Assembly: GCA_031422595.1 (NCBI GenBank)
Contig: JANPMA010000299.1
Span: forward strand, 3,003 to 67,002
Direction of reading: 5' to 3'
DNA: 64,000 nucleotides
Source of the DNA: Novosphingobium sp.
GTDB taxonomy: Bacteria; Pseudomonadota; Alphaproteobacteria; Sphingomonadales; Sphingomonadaceae
In this document: positions 8,324-15,192 of the stretch, piece after piece
Layout of the letters: each line of letters begins with the position of its first letter
How positions within the stretch are numbered: the first letter of the stretch is position 1
Translations under genes and position numbers: made by a program
The notes under the pieces: generated by a model
The model's database searches: none
Told to the model about the DNA's origin: nothing
The model's input: only the letters and a program-made list of their open reading frames with translations

Positions 8324-11300
8324 GTGACCAAGACCAGGGTAGCTATTCTGGGCGGAGGGCTTTCGGGGCTGGTTACGGCCTTCAACCTTTCCGCGCCCGA
8401 GCAGAACCAGCAATACGACATCACCATCTATCAATTGGGTTGGCGACTGGGCGGCAAATGCGCCACCGGGCGCAATCCCGATCTGCACCAGCGCATCCAG
8501 GAGCACGGGCTGCACGTGTTCATGGGCCAGTACGACAACGCCTTTTCGATGGTTCAGGCGCTCTATGCCGAGGCCGCCAACCTGCCGTTCCCCGATTGGC
8601 GGGCGGGCTATACCCAGGTTCCCGCGATGAGCCTGATGGAGGAAGTGGACGGCCAGTGGATTCCCTGGGTGATCGAACTGCCGGTCTTCCCGGGCACCCC
8701 GGGGATCGATCCGCCGCCCAGCCTGTTCACACGGATGTTCCAGTTCCTCGCCTGGATCCTTGGCCAGCTTGAAGGGCCGCACGCCGCGCATTTCCGGCCC
8801 GGCGCGGGCGCGGACAAGAGCTGGTGGCAGCGCCTGATCGATTGGCTGATGTCAGTGCTGGGCAGCGCAGTGGAGCACGCCGCGCTGGCCCTGCTGCGCG
8901 AAGCGATGGCACTGGTGAACGCGCTCGATCCCGATCCGATCACCCACAGCCCGGCCGATCACAACCGCCTGGCCGATCTGCTCCACCGGATCCGCACCGC
9001 GATTGCCAGCGCGATCGGGCACCTGCTGGCGGGCAATACCGCGCTGCGGCGGCTGTGGATCATGTTCGACCTTGGCCTGTCCAGCCTGATCGGGGGGCTG
9101 CGCGATGGCCTGCTGCTCGATCCCGATCAAAACCTCGCGAAGGTCAACCGGCTTGACTTCAAGCACTGGCTGGCGGCGCATGGAGCCGATCCGCTGACCT
9201 TCAATTCGGCCCTGGTCCGCGCGCTCTACGATCTGATCTTCGCCTATCCCGAAGGCGATTGGCAGGGGCCGGGCAATTGCGAAGCGGGCACCCTGTTCCT
9301 CAGCCTGATGAACACCGCGACTTACCAGGGCTCGATCATCTGGAAGTTCAACACCGCCACCGGCGACCTGGTGGTCGAACCGCTGTACCAGGTGCTCACG
9401 AGCCGCGGGGTGAAGTTCGAGTTCTTCCACCGGGTCGACGAGCTGGTGCCCAATGGCGATGGCACCGCGATCGATATGGTCACGATCGGACGGCAGGTCG
9501 AACTCAAGGACGGCAGCTACGATCCGCTCTACCCGCTCGCCAGCGGCCAACTGGTCTGGCCCGACCGGCCGCTCTACGACCAGATCCTCCACGGCGACAC
9601 ACTGCGCGAGAGCGGCGCCGAACTGGAATCGAAATGGACCACCTGGCCCGATGCACTGCCCCCGCTAGCGCTCAAGGCCGGGCAGGACTTCGACCTGCTG
9701 GTCCTGGCCATCCCGCCGGGCGCGCACCGCGATATCTGCGCGACCCTGATCCAGCAGAAGCCGGCCTGGCACCAATTCATCGATCGGATCCAGACGGTCG
9801 CAACACACAGCCTGCAGACCTGGACCACCTTTGACGAAGCGGGTCTGGGCTGGAGCGACCCGGCGATGATCGGCGGCTACGACAAGTCGAACCTCAACAG
9901 CTGGGCGGACATTTCCGAAGTGCTGGCGACCGAGGAATGGCCGGCTTCAAGCGGTGTCGTTGCCGAGCAGATCGCCTGCGGGCCGATGCCCTGCCCGGTC
10001 TATCCTCCGCCCAAGAGCGAGACCGGCTATCCCGCCGCTGCCCAGGCCCAGATCGATGCCTTGGCCCAGACCTATCTCGATGACGATGTCGCGGTGTTCT
10101 GGCCCAAGCGGTTCGGCAATGACGGACCCCAACCCGGCACGCTGGCCAGCACTTACAACCGCGCGAATATCGATCCGGGTGAGCGTTACACGCTCAGCGT
10201 CGCGGGTTCGAGCCGGGCGCGGATGCGCACCTGCGATTCGGGCTATGGCAACCTCACCCTGACGGGCGATTGGATCCAAAACAGCCAGAACCTCGGTTCG
10301 TTCGAGGCAACCACGGTTTCGGGCATGCTCGCCAGCCGGTCGATCTCGGGCTTCCCGCATACAATCAGCCGGGTCGATGCGGCACGCTACAGCGATCCGG
10401 GCCAGCGGCCCGCCGTGCTGCCAAGATTCGTCGACTATCCCGGCGCGGCCACATTTCCCGGCCCGATCACACTGGACCAAACCCGGATGTGGGCCTTCCT
10501 GCTGCAAGGCGACTACGCCAAGATGACCGCATGGTGCCAGGCCATGTTCGATAGCCCCAGCAGCGGCGCGGTCCAGGTGCTGCCGCTGTCCTCACTGATG
10601 ATGATGAGCGTGGTCGATATCGGCCTCGGCCGGTTCAGCGATGCACCGCAAATGGGTTGGTCGAGCGAGCGCGAGCTGACCTTCTGGCTCCCGGTGGTGC
10701 GCGTCGAGGATCGCGGCGGACGCAAGGTTGCCACCCATTTCAACATGGCGATGCCCTACCTGGTGCTCGACAATCCGGTGGCGATCGCCTCGGGCCGCGA
10801 GATCTTCGGCTACTTCAAGCAGGCCGGCCGGGTCACTTGTCCGGGCGATCCCGGCAATCCGTCGAACCTGATGGTCGATCTTTTCGCGACCAGAACTTTC
10901 GGAGCCGAAAGCGAGGAAGCCTATCACCGGATATTGACCATGACCCCGACCCAGAGCGGGGGCGCCATGCTGGGCGAAGCAGTGCGCAGCTTCGAAGGTG
11001 GAGCCAGGGCGCTGTGGTCGCAGCTGAAGGCCGATGGCGCGCAATGGAGCCCCAGCCTTGAACTGGGCGAAGAGCTGCTGGTCGACGTGCTCGAACGAAG
11101 GATCCCGCAGCTGTTCCTCAAGCAGTTCCGCGACGTCGCCGACGGCACGCGCGCCTGTTACCAGGCGATCAACGAGGTAATGGCGCAGGTAACCAGGTTC
11201 GACTCGCTCCCGCAACTGACCCTCTTCGACATGGTCCTGAAACCGCTCGATTCCTCCCCCGTTGCCGCCCAATTCGGAATCGCACCACGGCAGACGGTAC

Positions 11301-11362
11301 TGGGAGTAGAGTTCGTCTACGATATGACGATCAAGCCCGGGACCGTTCTGTGGCGGGCATGA
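8324..11362 (+). CDS. Fusion protein: PDS/ZDS/HpnE-type FAD amine-oxidase/desaturase domain plus C-terminal acetoacetate-decarboxylase-like (ADC) domain
   Basis: GTG at 8324 follows GAAGGAAG. The N-terminus has VAILGGGLSGL and RLGGK...EHGLHVFMGQYDNAF, which resembles the plant-type desaturase motif E.GLH.FFGAY.N. The C-terminus has SERELTFWLPV...YLVLDNPVAIASGREIFGYFK, an ADC-family GRE..G.PK-like motif. Confidence 0.65.
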   Translation: MTKTRVAILGGGLSGLVTAFNLSAPEQNQQYDITIYQLGWRLGGKCATGRNPDLHQRIQEHGLHVFMGQYDNAFSMVQALYAEAANLPFPDWRAGYTQVPAMSLMEEVDGQWIPWVIELPVFPGTPGIDPPPSLFTRMFQFLAWILGQLEGPHAAHFRPGAGADKSWWQRLIDWLMSVLGSAVEHAALALLREAMALVNALDPDPITHSPADHNRLADLLHRIRTAIASAIGHLLAGNTALRRLWIMFDLGLSSLIGGLRDGLLLDPDQNLAKVNRLDFKHWLAAHGADPLTFNSALVRALYDLIFAYPEGDWQGPGNCEAGTLFLSLMNTATYQGSIIWKFNTATGDLVVEPLYQVLTSRGVKFEFFHRVDELVPNGDGTAIDMVTIGRQVELKDGSYDPLYPLASGQLVWPDRPLYDQILHGDTLRESGAELESKWTTWPDALPPLALKAGQDFDLLVLAIPPGAHRDICATLIQQKPAWHQFIDRIQTVATHSLQTWTTFDEAGLGWSDPAMIGGYDKSNLNSWADISEVLATEEWPASSGVVAEQIACGPMPCPVYPPPKSETGYPAAAQAQIDALAQTYLDDDVAVFWPKRFGNDGPQPGTLASTYNRANIDPGERYTLSVAGSSRARMRTCDSGYGNLTLTGDWIQNSQNLGSFEATTVSGMLASRSISGFPHTISRVDAARYSDPGQRPAVLPRFVDYPGAATFPGPITLDQTRMWAFLLQGDYAKMTAWCQAMFDSPSSGAVQVLPLSSLMMMSVVDIGLGRFSDAPQMGWSSERELTFWLPVVRVEDRGGRKVATHFNMAMPYLVLDNPVAIASGREIFGYFKQAGRVTCPGDPGNPSNLMVDLFATRTFGAESEEAYHRILTMTPTQSGGAMLGEAVRSFEGGARALWSQLKADGAQWSPSLELGEELLVDVLERRIPQLFLKQFRDVADGTRACYQAINEVMAQVTRFDSLPQLTLFDMVLKPLDSSPVAAQFGIAPRQTVLGVEFVYDMTIKPGTVLWRA

Positions 11363-11383
11363 GGTTGGTTTTGCGCTGCCTGG

Positions 11384-11406
11384 AGGGCTGGAGGTGAAGG
11401 GAACCG
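11384..11406. repeat. Partial copy of the tRNA-Gly 3' end region (candidate distal att site)
   Basis: agggctggag+gtgaagggaa+ccg matches 38761-38786 (agggctggag cgg gtgaagggaa tcg). That is two exact 10-mers in the same orientation with a 3-nt gap. Confidence 0.55.
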
Positions 11407-11504
11407 CGAAATAGGGCAAAATCGTCTAACTTAAGCCATTTATTGAAGAGCAAATTTTTGACATACCCCCAATTGTACCCCCACGCTCTGTTTCATGATC
11501 CTCT

Positions 11505-12072
11505 CAAGCCTTGCTATGGATCATCGCGGGCAGCTTCGCTTGAACCTCATCAAACACGACAAGCGCAGCGGTAAAATCGAACGGTTCCACGGCTAATGCC
11601 AATCCGTCGGGACGCGCCGCACCAGCTTTGAAATTCGCTGTGAGGCGATCAAGCAATGCAGCCTTGGATTTTGTGTCTTCGTTTCCTGCCAGGTGCTCGC
11701 CCTTGGTTTCCAGCGCGACGATCCGCTCGCGGCTGGCCTCGTCGCGGGTCGCGGCAAGAAGGAAGTCGGGATAGACGTTGCCTCGCCGCCAGCTGCGCAG
11801 GCCATAGCTGCCCCGTGAAGCGCCGTTGCGGTGCCACTGGCTTCCACGGTCAAGACCTTGGGCAGGGCAATCGCCGTTGTGCTGAAAGTGTCGCGCCGCC
11901 GGATCGTTTGCACGCCACCCGTCTCGCCCAGGCCTATGGCTGTGCCTGGAAATAGAGCGTCGCCGTCAGCGCGCAGGTGGTCCTCACGTAGTTCGCGGAC
12001 CCAACCGGCGACTATTGCCAACGCCTGATCGGTTACCGGCATGAAATAGGTCCGGAAGGTCTTGGCAAACTT
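11505..12072 (-). pseudogene. Remnant of a PD-(D/E)xK nuclease / restriction-helicase C-terminal region (frameshifted, no credible start)
   Basis: The minus-strand reading is split over two frames. The upstream frame gives ...FAKTFRTYFMPVTDQALAIVAGWVRELRED. After a shift near 11830 it reads SYGLRSWRRGNVYPDFLLAATRDEASRERIVALETKGEHLAGNEDTKSKAALLDRL...DEVQAKLPAMIHSKA* (Y.PDF ... E.KG nuclease motif). It lies in an 870-bp region with no intact coding sequence. Confidence 0.4.
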
Positions 12073-12235
12073 GGTGGCGACGGTTTACCCGGCGCGAGGG
12101 CATGACCGTGCCCGCCGGATCAAGGGCTATGCAAGGGCTCAACATAAGCATAGCCTGACCGGCGGGAGCGAGGACGCGACGCGGAACCGGAGGTTGAAGC
12201 ACAGTTCATCAAGCGCGCGTACCGGGAGAAATCCG

Positions 12236-13591
12236 ATGGCCGTTTCAGATCATGTCAATTTCGCTGACTTCATGGCGGGGGTCAAACGCCGCAACCCGCA
12301 TCAGGATGAATTCGTTCAGGCCGTGCAGGAAGTTGCCGAAGACATTTTCGACTTCATCGCGGACAAGGAAGACTATCACCGCCAGCAGATCCTGCGCCGC
12401 ATGACCGAACCAGACCGGGTCGTATCGTTCCGCGTGTGCTGGGAAGACGATTCCGGCAATGTCCGCGTGCAGCGCGGTTGGCGGGTGCAGAACAACAATG
12501 CGATCGGCCCCTACAAGGGCGGGATCCGGTTCCATCCCAGCGTCAACGAGAGCGTCCTCAAATTTCTCGCCTTCGAACAAACCTTCAAGAACGCGCTGAC
12601 CGGCCTGCCGATGGGCGGCGGCAAGGGCGGTTCGAATTTCAATCCCAAGGGCAAGAGCGTGCGGGAGATCATGCGCTTCTGCCAAAGCTTCATGACCGAG
12701 CTCTATCGCCATATCGGCGCGGACATCGACGTACCTGCAGGCGATATCGGCGTCGGCGGGCGCGAGATCGGCTTCATGTTCGGTCAGTACAAACGCATCA
12801 CCGGCGAGTTTACCGGGGTACTCACCGGCAAGGGACTTGAATGGGGCGGCTCGCTGATCCGCACCGAAGCGACCGGGTACGGCGCGGTCTATTTCCTCGC
12901 CTCCATGCTCGCCACCAAGGGACAGGATCTGACCGGCAAGACGGCGGTGATTTCGGGCTCGGGCAATGTCGCGACGCATGCTGCCGAGAAAATCGTCCAG
13001 CTTGGCGGCAAGGTGCTGACCCTATCGGACTCGGGCGGCTATATCCATGATCCGGACGGAATTGGTCAGGCGAAGATCGACTGGGTCAAGGCGCACAAAA
13101 CGCATCGGCGCGGCCGGATCGAAGACTATTGCAGCGAGTTCAAGGGGGCCAGTTTCGTCGCAGGAAAGACCCCGTGGCACGTCCCGTGCGATGTCGCGCT
13201 GCCTTGCGCCACGCAAAACGAGCTGCTCGGCGAAGATGCCAAAGCGCTGGTCGCAAATGGCTGCATGGCAGTCGCCGAAGGGGCAAACATGCCAACCGAT
13301 CTTGCCGGGGTGCACGTGTTCAAGGCGGCCAAACTGCTGTTCGCGCCGGGCAAGGCCGCCAATGCCGGCGGGGTTGCCGTATCTGGGCTGGAAATGAGCC
13401 AGAATTCAGGGCGCCGGGCGTGGAAGGAGGACGAACTCCAGCAAATGCTCAAGGACATCATGGCTGGCATCCACACCAGCTGCCAGAACTACGGCGATCT
13501 GGGCGGCGGTCATATTGACTATGTCAGGGGCGCAAACATCGCCGGGTTCAAGAAAGTAGCAGATGCGATGCTGGCGTTCGGGGTTGTCTGA
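12236..13591 (+). CDS. gdhA: NADP-specific glutamate dehydrogenase
   Basis: Starts MAVSDHVNFADFMAGVKRRNPHQDEF. Contains KGGIRFHPSVN and GLPMGGGKGGSNFNPKG, and is 451 aa. The N-terminal extension of the 509-aa ORF is rejected. Confidence 0.95.
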   Translation: MAVSDHVNFADFMAGVKRRNPHQDEFVQAVQEVAEDIFDFIADKEDYHRQQILRRMTEPDRVVSFRVCWEDDSGNVRVQRGWRVQNNNAIGPYKGGIRFHPSVNESVLKFLAFEQTFKNALTGLPMGGGKGGSNFNPKGKSVREIMRFCQSFMTELYRHIGADIDVPAGDIGVGGREIGFMFGQYKRITGEFTGVLTGKGLEWGGSLIRTEATGYGAVYFLASMLATKGQDLTGKTAVISGSGNVATHAAEKIVQLGGKVLTLSDSGGYIHDPDGIGQAKIDWVKAHKTHRRGRIEDYCSEFKGASFVAGKTPWHVPCDVALPCATQNELLGEDAKALVANGCMAVAEGANMPTDLAGVHVFKAAKLLFAPGKAANAGGVAVSGLEMSQNSGRRAWKEDELQQMLKDIMAGIHTSCQNYGDLGGGHIDYVRGANIAGFKKVADAMLAFGVV

Positions 13592-13595
13592 ACCA

Positions 13596-14129
13596 ATGAC
13601 CCAAGGGCCACCCAAATTGTCAGTTCAGGCGGTCCACCTGGTCCGCACCGCGACGCAGACCAACCTTACGCTCAGCCAGATGGCCGACCAGAAAGCGAGC
13701 ATCCTGATGGGTGCGACCTTCGTGGTATTTACAATTGCGGTAGGTCAGGCGCGTACCGGCGCGGTGCCCTTGACGCTACTCGTCCTGGCGGGATTCGCCT
13801 TTCTTTCGGCAATGTGCGCGGTGGCGGCGATTCTGCCTTCCGTCTCCACCAAATCCAACCGCGACACGCAGCCCAACTTGTTGTTCTTTGGCACTTTCAC
13901 CCAGTTCAGCGAAGACGAATTTGCCGACCGCGTGCTCGCCGAACTCGGCGACGATGAACGTATCTACCGCGTGATGCTGCGCGATATCCATCAGAACGGC
14001 ATGGTGCTGCAGAACAAGAAGTATCGGCTGCTGCGGGCGGCATACCTGCTGTTCCTCGCCGGGCTGGTGGGCTCGTTCGCCATCTTTCTGTTCGAGAGCC
14101 GCGCCCTGTTCGGCGCAATCCGCTTCTGA
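13596..14129 (+). CDS. Small membrane protein, DUF5706 / PycTM-like (Pycsar-effector-type TM domain) without a sensor domain
   Basis: 177 aa. Contains QMADQKASILMG, two central TMs, PNLLFFGTF and a terminal TM after QNKKYRLLRAAY. The pattern matches my recollection of the family. Confidence 0.5.
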   Translation: MTQGPPKLSVQAVHLVRTATQTNLTLSQMADQKASILMGATFVVFTIAVGQARTGAVPLTLLVLAGFAFLSAMCAVAAILPSVSTKSNRDTQPNLLFFGTFTQFSEDEFADRVLAELGDDERIYRVMLRDIHQNGMVLQNKKYRLLRAAYLLFLAGLVGSFAIFLFESRALFGAIRF

Positions 14130-14130
14130 A

Positions 14131-15051
14131 CTAGCGAACGCCCAGTGCCGCCGCTTGCTCGCGCAGCTCGTTCGCCTTTCCAGGATTTGCGGCCACTGCC
14201 GACATCAGCGCCTTGCGGGCCAAGTCGGGCTGGCCGAGCGTCATACGGCTGCGGATGAGCATGACCCAGCCGTCCACATTGGTCGGATCGGTCTTGAGCC
14301 TGGCTTCGAGCCGGGCGACCATGCCTTCGGCCATTGTGCGTTGTTCAGACGGACGCAGCGCTGACGCGCGGTTGATGTCTTCGGCGCTCGGCCCGGCCAG
14401 GGCGGGCGCGGGCACCGGAAGCTGAGCGGCAGGTTGCTGGACCGCCGCGAGCTGTTTGGCTACGGCGATATGGTTGATCTTGGCCGCCTGCACAATTGTG
14501 CGGCGCAGGTCTGCTTCCCAGGCAGCACCCGGCGGCGTGTCGGCGAGCAACGCCAGCCAGCTGTCGATCGCGCCTTGGTGATCGCCGCTGAGGTCTTGTT
14601 TCACCGCCAGAAAATAGCGCGCGCGCGGGTCTTTGGGATCGAGCGCCACCGCGCGTTCGAAGTCGGTGGCGGCAGCGGCGGGCATCGGATCGCGCGCGCT
14701 GGCCATGACCCGCGCCTCGCCGCGCCCCGACCAGAACGAGGCTTGCTGCGGGGCCAGCTTCACTGCCGCGTCAAAGGCGGCCACGGCCTCATCGAAGCGG
14801 CCTGATTCGAAATAGGCCCCGGCAAGGGCCGACCAGGCCCTGCCGTCCTGAGGATTGTCGCGGGCTCGTGCCTCCAGCGCTGCCAGCGGATCGCCAGTTT
14901 CACCGGTCGACGCAACGGCTTGGCTGGACTCGACGCCGGGAACGCCGGAATGACGCCTGAGCGAAATGCCGATGGAGAAGCCGGCCAAAAGGATTGCCAC
15001 CAGCAAGATCCAGGTGCTGACGCGCCAACGGCCGGTCTGTCCTTCTGGCAT
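14131..15051 (-). CDS. TPR protein, cytochrome c maturation factor CcmI/CycH-like
   Basis: N-terminal TM, then TPR-like repeats (AWSALAGAYFESGRFDEAVAAFDAAVKL). The C-terminal part MAEGMVARLEARLKTDPTNVDGWVMLIRSRMTLGQPDLA resembles the CycH C-terminus. Confidence 0.6.
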   Translation of the reverse strand: MPEGQTGRWRVSTWILLVAILLAGFSIGISLRRHSGVPGVESSQAVASTGETGDPLAALEARARDNPQDGRAWSALAGAYFESGRFDEAVAAFDAAVKLAPQQASFWSGRGEARVMASARDPMPAAAATDFERAVALDPKDPRARYFLAVKQDLSGDHQGAIDSWLALLADTPPGAAWEADLRRTIVQAAKINHIAVAKQLAAVQQPAAQLPVPAPALAGPSAEDINRASALRPSEQRTMAEGMVARLEARLKTDPTNVDGWVMLIRSRMTLGQPDLARKALMSAVAANPGKANELREQAAALGVR

Positions 15052-15192
15052 AGGTTCGCCCGCCCTCCCTCAATTGCAGTCGCTGGCTTGCCGTCATCGG
15101 CGAAATCGTTCGGCTCCGGTGTGGATTAGCCGCTTCGATTATGCAACACTTGAGCCGCAGACGGGGACTGCGGGATTTCCCGGGGAGAGCCA

